Positions 35,024 through 44,911 of a stretch of 64,000 nt of DNA are shown piece by piece. Position 1 is the stretch's first letter. Each line of letters opens with the position of its first letter. This stretch comes from Pontiella sp. (GTDB lineage Bacteria; Verrucomicrobiota; Kiritimatiellia; Kiritimatiellales; Pontiellaceae). The notes under the pieces are model-generated. The model was given only the letters and a program-made list of their open reading frames with translations. It made no database searches and had not been told where the DNA came from. Location of the stretch: the NCBI GenBank assembly GCA_050290185.1, contig JBNKHE010000004.1, positions 128,001 to 192,000 on the forward strand. Direction: 5' to 3'. The position numbers and the translations under genes were made by a program.

Positions 35024-36751
35024 ATGAACAAATTTCCCGAAATCCCGAGCGATCAGCTCGAAAAATATTCTTCCGCGATTTCCCTTTCGGACATGGAAAT
35101 CTTCGTCTTTCCCGAGCTGCTTTACAGTTTGGTGCTGGCCAATATCATGTCGCCGCGCATCTGGGAATGGAAAAACCACGACTGGTTCCGCAAGCTCGAC
35201 AAGATGAAGCCGTACAAGAAGATCCAGCGGCTGAAGCAATTCATCATCGACCACTATGAATTCAATCTCGACCTCGATACCTGGGGACTGACCACCAAGG
35301 AAGCCGAAGTAGCCCGCTTTGCGCCCTACATGGACGAAAAAACCATCGGCCAGAGCAATGCGCTTTTCGGCTACGAAGGCGACAAACACTACTTCTCGCT
35401 CGATATCCGCAAGCACTTCGGCCTCGATAATTACACATCAAACATCATCCCCTTCTGGAAGACGGAAACGCTGGAGGCGATGGATGCCTTTCAATTCAAG
35501 GATGAGTATCGCGTCGGCGCCGGCGAATGCGTTTCGCTTTCCACGCTCTACGCCGCCGCGCTTTTCATCATTTGCGACGTTCCGCTGGAAGACATTTTCC
35601 TGATCGCCACCCCCCTGCATTCGCAAAACTTTATCAATGTGAACGATGGCGTCCTGACAAACAACCGCCGGCTGGTCACGAAGAACATGTGGTTTAACGG
35701 GACCGACCTCACGGCCAAGGCGCAACGCGCCCTGCGCCACGAACAGGTCACCATCGTCGCCAACAATACCGGCTATATCCATACCGTATATCCCGAAGCC
35801 ACAATTACGCCCGAAAGCTTCGAGCTCTTCCACGAAAAGCTCGACGCCTTCACCACCACTGATATTACCTTCGAAATCCTCGCCAACTTCCTGCGCGACC
35901 GCTCCGAGTATCAAAAGTGCTTCCAGATCAAGTATGTCCGTCACGGCAAGGAGCAGTATTTGCCAATTGAAAGGGCCTTCGCCTACGAGCATGGATCACC
36001 CTACAAGGTTTCCGACGATGCCACGCGCGACAAGCTGCTGGATGAGATCGACGAGTACGACTTCTACACCGAGCCGATCGCCGACCGTATCCAGCTCAAC
36101 AAGCTTAGCGACTACCTCAAGAACAATCCCATCTCGCACTTCGACGACGAAAGCATGAAAGGGCTGGCTGACAAGATCGACTGCACCAACGACATGACCC
36201 GCAAAATGTCGGTCATTGAAGGCCTTGTCGACTTCGTCCATCTGGATCCCGAGTTGCCCGACGTCGGAAACAAGCAATTCAACGGGCCCGGCCCGATTGA
36301 GATCAAGCCCAGCATGAAACGGGAAGAGATCATTACCTATCTCTCGGGTATCCGCACCAAGCATACGGTCGCCGATCTGGCGTTCTACGCCAGCCGCGAC
36401 CTTGCCGTCACCGATTGGAACCCCTTCCTGAAGGCCGCCTTCGAACGCAACCCCGTCATTATCGACGCGACCAAGGAACTGCCCGACGACGATCTCGTCT
36501 CTTTGCTGCAAGGCCTGCCCAACGAGTCGATCTACGACAGCACGCGCATCGCCCAGCCCGACGAAGTCTGGAACTTCCAGCGCGGCGATGGTCTTGAACG
36601 CGCAATTGCCCTGGCCGACGTGTGGAAAATCCGGTATCCGGAAGAGCCCATCGAACTTGCGGCATCGGAAAATGAAGTCGTTATAAAGCGCTCGCAACAA
36701 GAAGTCCGTTTCGCATCGAACAAAGGTCTGGTTAAAACGCTTTTGGTTTAA
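35024..36751 (+). CDS. Hypothetical protein with possible transglutaminase-like (Cys-His) domains
   Basis: Long ORF with typical codon usage; GAGECVSLSTLYAAAL..PLHSQNF motif and a second QPDEVWNFQRGDGLERAIALA motif. Confidence 0.75.
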   Translation: MNKFPEIPSDQLEKYSSAISLSDMEIFVFPELLYSLVLANIMSPRIWEWKNHDWFRKLDKMKPYKKIQRLKQFIIDHYEFNLDLDTWGLTTKEAEVARFAPYMDEKTIGQSNALFGYEGDKHYFSLDIRKHFGLDNYTSNIIPFWKTETLEAMDAFQFKDEYRVGAGECVSLSTLYAAALFIICDVPLEDIFLIATPLHSQNFINVNDGVLTNNRRLVTKNMWFNGTDLTAKAQRALRHEQVTIVANNTGYIHTVYPEATITPESFELFHEKLDAFTTTDITFEILANFLRDRSEYQKCFQIKYVRHGKEQYLPIERAFAYEHGSPYKVSDDATRDKLLDEIDEYDFYTEPIADRIQLNKLSDYLKNNPISHFDDESMKGLADKIDCTNDMTRKMSVIEGLVDFVHLDPELPDVGNKQFNGPGPIEIKPSMKREEIITYLSGIRTKHTVADLAFYASRDLAVTDWNPFLKAAFERNPVIIDATKELPDDDLVSLLQGLPNESIYDSTRIAQPDEVWNFQRGDGLERAIALADVWKIRYPEEPIELAASENEVVIKRSQQEVRFASNKGLVKTLLV

Positions 36752-36761
36752 TGGAGGGCAC

Positions 36762-37092
36762 ATGGGCATTCTAGGAAATCTACTCTTTCGGGGTGGCGCG
36801 GACGAAAACACCGGCATTCCCATCCTCGTTGAGCACGGTGCCCTCATTATCGATACGCGTACAGCGGACGAGTTTGCAGCAGGCCATATCGAAGGTGCCA
36901 TCAATCTTCCATACAACGTGATCGGCAATGCCATCAAGGATCACGAGCCTCTCCATACCAGATCCATCATTGTCTATTGCCACAGCGGCGCGCGATCGGC
37001 CGCTGCAAAAAAAAACGTTGGACAAAGCAGGCTATACCCATGTTGTCAACGGTGGCGGGTTGCACCATATGAAACGAGAGCTTGGCCAATAG
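36762..37092 (+). pseudogene. Rhodanese (PspE-like) gene frameshifted at an A9 tract
   Basis: IIDTRTADEF..GHIEGAINLP and VYCHSGARS. Removing one A at 37007-37015 restores KKTLDKAGYTHVVNGGGLHHMKRELGQ and a stop at 37090-37092. Confidence 0.85.
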
Positions 37093-37135
37093 ATTTCTGC
37101 GGCAGGCTTCATTTCTATGCTAATCTCCCTTCGTC

Positions 37136-37894
37136 ATGAAGGCACACCAGGCAGAGTTTCGCTTCTACGAGGAGCTGAACGACTTTCTTCCGAAAGAGAA
37201 GCAGAAGCGCTCTATTCCATACGCATTCAACGGCCATCCGGGCATCAAGGACCCGATCGAATCCCTCGGGGTTCCGCATACGGAAGTGGATCTGGTCGTG
37301 GTGAATGGCCAATCGGTCGGATTCGACTACCAACTACAGCCCGATGACCGCGTAGCGGTCTATCCCGCTTTTGAAAGCCTCGACATTGTTCCCATTGTCA
37401 AACTGCGTGGCGAGCCCCTGCGCAAGACCGCCTTCATCCTCGATGTCCATCTCGGCAAGCTCGCCCGCATCCTGCGCATGCTTGGATTCGATGTGCTCTA
37501 CCGCACCGACTATGACGACCCGGAAATCATCCGTATCGCATTGGAAGAACGCCGCATCATACTCACGCGCGACCGGCGTATGTTGTTCAACAAATGCATT
37601 ACCCACGGCTATTGGCTTCATTCAACCCATTCCGAAGAACAGGCCCGCGAAGTCATTGACCGCTTCGATCTTTCCCGTCAAATCCGGAAATTCCTGCATT
37701 GCCCGCTCTGCAACGGCCTGCTGCGGTCCGTTGAGAAAGGCGATATTCTCGATCGTCTCGAACCGCTGACCATCCAGTACTATTCTGAATTCTACCAATG
37801 CCCCGCCTGCCGGCAAGTCTACTGGAAAGGCACCCACTACGACCGCATCGTCGACAAACTCGACGCCATCATTGAATCCTGCCGAAACCCTTGA
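37136..37894 (+). CDS. Mut7-C RNase domain protein with an N-terminal ubiquitin-like domain
   Basis: FRFYEELNDFL, GVPHTEVDL, DVHLGKLARILRMLGFD, LTRDR, CPLC/CPAC, YWKGTHY. Confidence 0.93.
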   Translation: MKAHQAEFRFYEELNDFLPKEKQKRSIPYAFNGHPGIKDPIESLGVPHTEVDLVVVNGQSVGFDYQLQPDDRVAVYPAFESLDIVPIVKLRGEPLRKTAFILDVHLGKLARILRMLGFDVLYRTDYDDPEIIRIALEERRIILTRDRRMLFNKCITHGYWLHSTHSEEQAREVIDRFDLSRQIRKFLHCPLCNGLLRSVEKGDILDRLEPLTIQYYSEFYQCPACRQVYWKGTHYDRIVDKLDAIIESCRNP

Positions 37895-37923
37895 TACACT
37901 ACCCGTATTAAAGGAAGTGGATT

Positions 37924-38655
37924 ATGTGCGAATCATGCGGATGCGGAACAGCGAACGAGCTGCACCATCACGAACATGGGCATGACCATCATCATGAACA
38001 TTCCCATACCAAAACCGTGACGCTGGAGCAGAAGGTGCTGGCCCGGAACGATGCGCTGGCCGATAAAAACCGCGCATGGCTGGCAGAACGCGGCGTGACG
38101 GCGATCAACCTGATCTCCGCACCGGGCTCCGGAAAAACCCTGTTACTCGAAAAGACCCTTGAACGGCTCAGCGGGAAGATCAAGTGCGCCGTCATTACCG
38201 GCGACCAGCAAACCGATCGCGATGCGCAACGGCTTCAGGACAAGGGCGCACGGATTCACCAGATTGAAACGATTAGTTCCTGCCATCTTGATGCGCACCA
38301 GATATCGCACGCCCTGCCCCATGTCGTCGGGGACGACACGAAGCTCCTGTTTATCGAGAACGTCGGAAACATGGTCTGCCCGACCGCCTTCGAACTCGGG
38401 GAAAGTTTTAAGGTGGCGTTGCTATCCACACCTGAGGGTGAAGACAAACCGATCAAGTATCCGGTGCTGTTTGCCATATCCAAGGTGATCCTTCTCACCA
38501 AAATGGATCTGGCCGAAACACTCGATTGGGATCTTTCCGCCTGCCGTAAATATATTCAGCAGGTCCAGCCCGGTGCGAATGTGATCGAACTCAGCGCGAA
38601 AACCAGCGACGGCATGGATGCATGGATCGACTACCTTGAACGCCTGATTCAATAA
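37924..38655 (+). CDS. hypB: Hydrogenase nickel incorporation GTPase
   Basis: MCESCGC N-terminal Ni site, His-rich linker, PGSGKT, CHLDA, IENVGNMVCP, EGEDKPIKYP. Confidence 0.95.
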   Translation: MCESCGCGTANELHHHEHGHDHHHEHSHTKTVTLEQKVLARNDALADKNRAWLAERGVTAINLISAPGSGKTLLLEKTLERLSGKIKCAVITGDQQTDRDAQRLQDKGARIHQIETISSCHLDAHQISHALPHVVGDDTKLLFIENVGNMVCPTAFELGESFKVALLSTPEGEDKPIKYPVLFAISKVILLTKMDLAETLDWDLSACRKYIQQVQPGANVIELSAKTSDGMDAWIDYLERLIQ

Positions 38656-39353
38656 TGTAGACGCGGATTCCACCACATTGAGTCTTCCGGATAAGGCGCC
38701 TCAACGATGACCGGCGTTTTTAGCGTTGGGTGCGTGATTTCCAGCTGGCGGTGGTGGAGCGCGATTTCGCCATTGGGCGATTTCTGATTCGCACCGTATT
38801 TTTCATCGCCGGCGATCGGGCATCCGATCGCCGCGAGCTGGGCGCGGATCTGATGGTAGCGTCCGGTTTCAAGGTCGATCTCCAGCAGAATCAGGTTTTC
38901 AACCTGCTTAAGTGTCCGATAGCTCAATACGGCGCGTTGTGCGCCGGTGTCTCCTTCGCGGCACATCTCGGCCCGATGGTGTTCGTGCGATAGCCAATGG
39001 ACGAGTTTGTCTTCGGGCTTTGGTGGTTTTCCTTCGACGAGGGCGTGATAGATCTTCTTGCAGTTGCGCGAGCGTATATCCGCGTTAAGACGGGCGAGCG
39101 CCTTGCTCGTTCGGGCAAAGAGAACGACACCGCTGACGGTGCGGTCGATCCGGTGCACCGCATTGAGGAAAACCGCTCCGGACTTGGCCTTGTCCACCCG
39201 CACCCATTCACGCGCCCAGTCCTCCAGGTTGCGCAGACCGGTCCCGCTGTCCTGCGAAAGCAATCCCGCAGGCTTGTTCACCGCCAACAGGTGGTTGTCC
39301 GCAAAAAGAATCAGCGGCTCCAGTTCAGACGCTCTGTAGGATGGATTGCTCAT
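38649..39353 (-). CDS. RluA-family RNA pseudouridine synthase
   Basis: VNKPAGL, VHRIDRTVSG, TGRYHQIRAQL, GDEKYG. Confidence 0.93.
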   Translation of the reverse strand: MSNPSYRASELEPLILFADNHLLAVNKPAGLLSQDSGTGLRNLEDWAREWVRVDKAKSGAVFLNAVHRIDRTVSGVVLFARTSKALARLNADIRSRNCKKIYHALVEGKPPKPEDKLVHWLSHEHHRAEMCREGDTGAQRAVLSYRTLKQVENLILLEIDLETGRYHQIRAQLAAIGCPIAGDEKYGANQKSPNGEIALHHRQLEITHPTLKTPVIVEAPYPEDSMWWNPRLHY

Positions 39354-39368
39354 AGAGGCAGAATTCTC

Positions 39369-39436
39369 CACACAAAGGCATGAAGCCACAAAGACTGGGA
39401 ATTGGTTTTCCTTAGTGATTTGGTGTCTCTGTGTGA
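39369..39436. repeat. CAC(A/G)AAG-periodic imperfect inverted repeat
   Basis: CACACAAAG-GCATGAAG-CCACAAAG ... CTTAGTGA-TTTGGTGT-CTCTGTGTGA. Confidence 0.55.
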
Positions 39437-39441
39437 TTCAC

Positions 39442-40287
39442 TCATTCGTTGATCCAGCGGGCCCAGTTTCCGTTGGGAAGTTCCATGACGCCGGGCTTGC
39501 CGGTCAGGAGCATTTCGCCGCATTCGAAGCGGCCGCTGGCATGGTATTGCTGCAACAGGTTTCGGAGAACGATCGGCGAAAAACCGGGTGTATGGGAAGT
39601 GAGCAGGACAAAGGCGGGATCATCGGACAAAACCCGATGAACCAGATCCAGCGTTTCCATCAGGCTTTCCTCGATCTTGTAGAGCTCGCCTTTTTTCCCG
39701 CGTCCAAACGAAGGAGGATCAAGCAGTATGCCGTCATAACGGTTTTCACGCTTCACTTCACGGCGCAGAAACTTGATGACATCGTCAACGATCCAGCGGA
39801 TCGGTGCATCCTGCAGATTATTGAGCGCCGCGTTTTCGCGCGCCCAGTCAACCATGCCCCTGGAGGCGTCAAGATGGCAGCAGGCTGCGCCGGATTGAGC
39901 CGCGGCAAGCGTAGCTCCACCGGAATAGGCAAACAGGTTCAGAAACTTCAGCTGCCGCCCTTTGCTTTTACCCTGCTTTTTAAGCGTATCGCGGATCCAT
40001 GTCCATAGCGCACGCGTTTCGGGAAAAACGCCAAGATGGCCGAAATCCGTGGCAGACAGCTTCATGACAACACCGGCAATTTCCACGTTCCACGAATCGG
40101 AAAGGCTTCCGCGCCCCCGCCAGTTCAAGCCATCAGTACGGTCAAAACGGGCATCGGCATCTTCCCAGCATTTGACGTTTTGTGGCTTCCATACCGCCTG
40201 GGCACAGGGTCGTTCGAGCACAGCATCGCCAAAGCGCTCCAGTTTTCTTCCGCTACCGCTGTCGAGAAGCTCGTATCCATCGTTCAT
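39442..40287 (-). CDS. Class I SAM-dependent (RlmI/RlmK-like) RNA methyltransferase
   Basis: [39 protein letters not shown]. Confidence 0.88.
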   Translation of the reverse strand: MNDGYELLDSGSGRKLERFGDAVLERPCAQAVWKPQNVKCWEDADARFDRTDGLNWRGRGSLSDSWNVEIAGVVMKLSATDFGHLGVFPETRALWTWIRDTLKKQGKSKGRQLKFLNLFAYSGGATLAAAQSGAACCHLDASRGMVDWARENAALNNLQDAPIRWIVDDVIKFLRREVKRENRYDGILLDPPSFGRGKKGELYKIEESLMETLDLVHRVLSDDPAFVLLTSHTPGFSPIVLRNLLQQYHASGRFECGEMLLTGKPGVMELPNGNWARWINE

Positions 40288-40302
40288 GACCATCTCCAAA
40301 TC

Positions 40303-41436
40303 CTATACTTTCCTCGCCCGGTCCTTGAAGAGATTGCGGGATGACCGCGAGGGTGCGCTCATGCTTGTATGCGCAATATTAACTAGAATCCCGATCATCA
40401 CCCCAGAGATGAGCAGGCTTGATCCGCCGTAGCTGATGAACGGGAGCGCCAATCCCTTGGTCGGCACGCAGCCGGTTACCACTGCAAAATTGATGAGCGC
40501 CTGAATGGAAATCATGAGCGTAATTCCAAAGGCGATCAGGCGACCGAAATCATCGCGGGCGCGGAACGCAATCGTCAGCCCCAGTCCAAACAACGTCAAG
40601 TAGAGGAACACCACGATAAGTGATGCAATCAAGCCCAGTTCCTCACCCAAAATGGGAAAAATGAAATCGGTATGCGCTTCAGGCAGGTAATGGTATTTCT
40701 GCATGCTGTTTCCAAAACCCTGGCCCCGCCACCAGCCGTTCTGTCCACCGTTGGCAAAAGCGCGCAATGAATTCACCAACTGCCACGCTTCGTCCTGTTC
40801 GTACTTCTGCGGATTGAGAAAGGCAATGATGCGTCCCATACGTTCCGAGTTCATGGCTATCAAGGTGGCCACCGACATTAATCCCGCCAAGCCTGTAACC
40901 AGCAATGGTCCTATGCCCACGCCCCCCAGGAACATCATACAAACCGCGACACAGGAAATGAGCAGCGTGGTTCCAAAGTCGGGCTCGATAAGGATTGCCA
41001 AGGCGAAACAGCCGAGCATGGCGAACGGTATGAGGATCCCGCGTTTGAACTCATCAATGCGCCGCTGTTCTCTGGCCAGCCACCATGCGAATAAAAGAAT
41101 AACGGATATCTTTGCCAGCTCCGAAGGCTGGAAGGTAAATCCGGCCACGTGGATCCAACGATGGCTGCCATTGATCGCAGGAAAAAACAGCCTGACCGCA
41201 ATCAGCAAGATCAAGGACACTGCGGCGAGCGGTACGGCCATATGCCGGTACAGACGGTAGTCCAGCCGGGCGGCAACGGCCGCGGCGCAAAAGGCAAGCG
41301 CCAGCCAAATAAGCTGGCGCACCCAGTAGTATGAAGCATTTTCGTATCTGGTTGAGCTGGCACTCGCGAGAATCAGAATGCCGAGCGTAACGAGAATCAA
41401 TACAATGGCTATAAAAAGCGATATGGCTCTACGCAT
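40303..41436 (-). CDS. ftsW: SEDS peptidoglycan polymerase
   Basis: INGSHRWI, FQPSELAK, EPDFGT, LPEAHTDFIF, PTKGLALPFISYGGSS; dcw context. Confidence 0.95.
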   Translation of the reverse strand: MRRAISLFIAIVLILVTLGILILASASSTRYENASYYWVRQLIWLALAFCAAAVAARLDYRLYRHMAVPLAAVSLILLIAVRLFFPAINGSHRWIHVAGFTFQPSELAKISVILLFAWWLAREQRRIDEFKRGILIPFAMLGCFALAILIEPDFGTTLLISCVAVCMMFLGGVGIGPLLVTGLAGLMSVATLIAMNSERMGRIIAFLNPQKYEQDEAWQLVNSLRAFANGGQNGWWRGQGFGNSMQKYHYLPEAHTDFIFPILGEELGLIASLIVVFLYLTLFGLGLTIAFRARDDFGRLIAFGITLMISIQALINFAVVTGCVPTKGLALPFISYGGSSLLISGVMIGILVNIAHTSMSAPSRSSRNLFKDRARKV

Positions 41437-41454
41437 TGATCCCCGTGACCTCAA

Positions 41455-42414
41455 CTACTCTGAAAGCGGAATGCGGAGGCGCGTTCCTGCCTGCACCTGG
41501 GATTCATCAGTGATATTGTTGTTCACCCGCAAGATTTCCGCCTTGCTTACTCCATATTCGCGAGCAATGTCATCGAGGGTTTCACCGGGATACAAGACGC
41601 GTTCTTCAACGACGCTCAGACTCGCCGAATCGGTTGCTTCAACCTCGTCGACAACAGGAGTCATCTCCGGCAAGGCCAGTTCCGGTTCAGCCAGTTCCGG
41701 TTCAGCCAGATCCGGTTCAGCGACCTTGGGTGCGGTTTTCGTCACAGTCTTTTTCGGTGTTGTCGATTTTTTGGTCGTGGTCGGGACCTTTCCACCGGCA
41801 GGGATATCCAGGGTTTCCCCTGCCATGATCTTATCGCCCTCGATATTATTCAGTTTGCGCAGTGAATCGATGCCGACACCTGCAGCAATGGCGATCTCTG
41901 AAAGGGTGTCCCCTTTCTGAATCGTGTAGGTTCCACCCTTCTTGATGTCCTGCGAACTTTTAGAGGACGACGCACTGGAAACACCGCCGCGACCGGCCGG
42001 CACAGATAATTCCTGACCGACATAGAGCACGTCCGGATTCGAGAGACCGTTCAGCCGAGCCAGTTCAGCGGTCGTGGTATCGAAATCAACCGCCAGCTGT
42101 GAAAGGGTGTCGCCCTTGCGAACAATATAGGTTTCCGTAGTCGTTGCAGACTCGCTGGGCATGTTGATCGGCGTCACATCGATAGGCTCCACGGGGGTAT
42201 AGAGAGGCCCTTCCGAAAAATTGTCAGGATACAGAGGTTGATCAACCTGCGTCATCATTGATGCAGAGGATTTACCACTATGCTCATGCCGGAACGGTCC
42301 GTGCTGAACGGCGGTGGAAGTGCCCTCCGACTCTGTGGTTACGCATCCCTGCGTCAGGGAAAGTGCGAACAACGCAGCAATATGTACACCCAAAACTGCT
42401 GATCCAATCTTCAT
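41455..42414 (-). CDS. Triple-LysM peptidoglycan-binding (lipo)protein
   Basis: Three LysM repeats (YIVRKGDTLS, YTIQKGDTLS, LYPGETLD); lipobox-like LTQGC. Confidence 0.9.
   Translation of the reverse strand: MKIGSAVLGVHIAALFALSLTQGCVTTESEGTSTAVQHGPFRHEHSGKSSASMMTQVDQPLYPDNFSEGPLYTPVEPIDVTPINMPSESATTTETYIVRKGDTLSQLAVDFDTTTAELARLNGLSNPDVLYVGQELSVPAGRGGVSSASSSKSSQDIKKGGTYTIQKGDTLSEIAIAAGVGIDSLRKLNNIEGDKIMAGETLDIPAGGKVPTTTKKSTTPKKTVTKTAPKVAEPDLAEPELAEPELALPEMTPVVDEVEATDSASLSVVEERVLYPGETLDDIAREYGVSKAEILRVNNNITDESQVQAGTRLRIPLSE
41675..41721. repeat. 15-bp tandem repeat x3 encoding AEP(D/E)L in the LysM linker
   Basis: GCCAGTTCCGGTTCA twice, then GCCAGATCCGGTTCA. Confidence 0.85.
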
Positions 42415-42461
42415 AATCAAACTCCTTTAACAAAGCGCCCTATCGAGTGGCGACTCAAGTT

Positions 42462-43769
42462 TCACACAGCATCATCACCGGCATGCATCGACTTCTGGAA
42501 AAGCGTACTGAACCGCTCTCCGCGTTCTTCAAAACTGCAAAACTGATCAAAGCTGGCACAGCCTGGAGAAAGAAGAATGGTTTCCCCTGCTTTTGCCACC
42601 ATAGTTGCAGCTTGAAAAGCTTCTTCCAGCGTACCGCATTCGACACATGGACAAACTTCGTTCCACGCTTGATACATTGCCCTAGATGCTTGTCCAATAA
42701 GGTATATACTCCTTACCCGTTCCGCCAGTATTTCTTTTACAAAAGTATAGTCGGACTCCTTCGGAAGCCCTCCAGCAATGAGATGAACGCCCTCCCCGAT
42801 GCTCTGGACCGCGGCGGCCATGGCCGCCAGATTCGTGGCTTTCGAGTCATTCACGAAGGTTATCCCACTGATAACCCCCAGTTTTTGCATCCGGTGCGGC
42901 AAGGGGACAAACCGCTTTGCGGCCGTTTCCACGGCTTCCATCGGGATCCCGGCAGCGTCTGCAACCGCCGCTATGGCTGCGCCGGTGCAGCTACCAATCA
43001 CCGCGCTGTCGAACGACGTTCCTGCAAGATCGAGTACCGGTTCCGTGCCCCGGAAGACGGCTCCATCGCAAAACCGGTAGCCGGCGGATGGGGACGGGCC
43101 AAATGTGATCCAGGTTCTATCTTCACCAACCACGGCTCGAAAGCGCTCAATCCACTCGGAAGATACGAGGCACACATCCCCGGAAGAGGATGAAGAACCG
43201 AAGATGCGTGCCTTGGTGTGCCAATAGGTTTCCATGCTTCCATGACGGTCAAGATGGTTGGGTAATACATTCAGTACAACAGCGATATCTGCCCGGAAAC
43301 CGGAAACCGTCTCGAGCTGGAACGAACTAATCTCGAGCACCAGCCAATCCAGATTCGGATGCTCCATCACCACCTCGCAGGCCGGAATGCCGTAGTTGCC
43401 GCCAATCGCGGCATCCAGCCCGGCTTCCTGAAACGATTCGCAGATCCATTTCACGGCCGTACTTTTTCCGTTCGAGCCCGTAACGGCCACGGTTTTCCCC
43501 GGGTGCCGCAACCAGCCCAGCTCCAACTCCGAGAGTAGCGGTATGCCGGCATCCCGGACTGCGCATATCCAGGGATGGATCAGCGAAAAGCCGGGACTGA
43601 CGATGCATACGTCGAAAGGATGGTCCTGCAGCGCACGTACCAGTTCGGCATCTCCTGCGGTTTCGCGGGAGACGACCACCGTTTGCGTTCCTTCGGCGTG
43701 CAGCAACCGCTCGGCGGCCTGCCCGCTGCGGCCATAACCCAAAAGCAAAGCTGTGCTGTATTTATCCAT
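42462..43769 (-). CDS. murD: UDP-MurNAc-L-Ala:D-Glu ligase
   Basis: VTGSNGKST, GGNYG, LEISSFQL, NHLDRH, NDSKATN, LLSPGCASFDQF. Confidence 0.96.
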   Translation of the reverse strand: MDKYSTALLLGYGRSGQAAERLLHAEGTQTVVVSRETAGDAELVRALQDHPFDVCIVSPGFSLIHPWICAVRDAGIPLLSELELGWLRHPGKTVAVTGSNGKSTAVKWICESFQEAGLDAAIGGNYGIPACEVVMEHPNLDWLVLEISSFQLETVSGFRADIAVVLNVLPNHLDRHGSMETYWHTKARIFGSSSSSGDVCLVSSEWIERFRAVVGEDRTWITFGPSPSAGYRFCDGAVFRGTEPVLDLAGTSFDSAVIGSCTGAAIAAVADAAGIPMEAVETAAKRFVPLPHRMQKLGVISGITFVNDSKATNLAAMAAAVQSIGEGVHLIAGGLPKESDYTFVKEILAERVRSIYLIGQASRAMYQAWNEVCPCVECGTLEEAFQAATMVAKAGETILLSPGCASFDQFCSFEERGERFSTLFQKSMHAGDDAV

Positions 43770-44908
43770 CAGCGGATCTTCAGCGTGGCCACGCCAATGA
43801 GGGCAAAGATGATCGACAGAATCCAGAACCGGGTCACGATCACGGTCTCGACGAGCTCCGGTGCGCGGTTTTCATCCATGGCCCGCTCCTTTTCCACAAA
43901 TTCGAAATGGTGGTGCAACGGAGCGCATTTAAACACACGGCGCCCCTGTCCGTAGCGTTTCCGGGTATATTTGAAATAGGAGCTTTGGATCACCACGCTG
44001 GCGGCTTCGATCACAAACACCCCGCCAACAATGATCAACAGGAGCTCCTGCTTAATCAGAATGGCGAGCATCGCAATGGCTCCCCCGAGCGACAGACTGC
44101 CGGTATCGCCCATGAAAATCTTAGCGGGATGGCAGTTGTACCACAGGAAACCAAGGCCGGCCCCCAGCAATGCACCGCAGAATACCGTAAGTTCGCCACT
44201 CCCTTTCACGAACGGAACCTGCAGGTATTCGGAAAAGCTGTAGTGGCCGGCCACATAGGTCATTAGCAGATAGGCCACAGCCACCGAATTCGAACAGCCA
44301 ATCGCCAGACCATCCAATCCATCCGTAAGGTTGACGGCGTTGGAGGCCCCCACCAGCACCAGCACCATAAAGACAAATCCCCCGATCAATCCCATGTCCA
44401 GAATCGGATATTTTATAAACGGGATCATCAGATCACGTACCCGCACCTGCGTTTCCGGAATTGACCAAAGTACGGCAAACACGATGCCCGTCCAAAGCAG
44501 TTGCATGGAAAACTTGGCCTTTACGCTGAGTCCGTTGCGCCGCTTGATTTTGAGATAATCGTCGGCAAAGCCAATCGCACCCATCAGCACAAACGTTCCA
44601 AGCGTGATCAAAACGTAGACATTGGATGGCATGGCCCAGAGCAAGGTCGCAGTGGCCGTCGCCAGAATAATCATCAAGCCGCCCATCGTAGGCGTGCCGA
44701 CCTTTCTACTCTTGTCCAGCACGCCGACCCGGTCATCTTCCTTCTGCTCGCCAAAATTGATGATGCGCAGCCGTCTGATCAACCAGGGCGCCATCAGGAG
44801 CGAAACCGTAAAAGCCGTCGCAGCCGCGCCCAGCGTCCGGAAAGTAATATATTGGAACAGCCGCAACTCGGACACATAGGATTCCAACAACGACAAATAA
44901 TACAACAT
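43769..44908 (-). CDS. mraY: Phospho-MurNAc-pentapeptide transferase
   Basis: GTPTMGG, GFADDYLK, NAVNLTDGLDGL, FMGDTGS, APLHHHFE. Confidence 0.97.
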   Translation of the reverse strand: MLYYLSLLESYVSELRLFQYITFRTLGAAATAFTVSLLMAPWLIRRLRIINFGEQKEDDRVGVLDKSRKVGTPTMGGLMIILATATATLLWAMPSNVYVLITLGTFVLMGAIGFADDYLKIKRRNGLSVKAKFSMQLLWTGIVFAVLWSIPETQVRVRDLMIPFIKYPILDMGLIGGFVFMVLVLVGASNAVNLTDGLDGLAIGCSNSVAVAYLLMTYVAGHYSFSEYLQVPFVKGSGELTVFCGALLGAGLGFLWYNCHPAKIFMGDTGSLSLGGAIAMLAILIKQELLLIIVGGVFVIEAASVVIQSSYFKYTRKRYGQGRRVFKCAPLHHHFEFVEKERAMDENRAPELVETVIVTRFWILSIIFALIGVATLKIR

Positions 44909-44911
44909 CCC

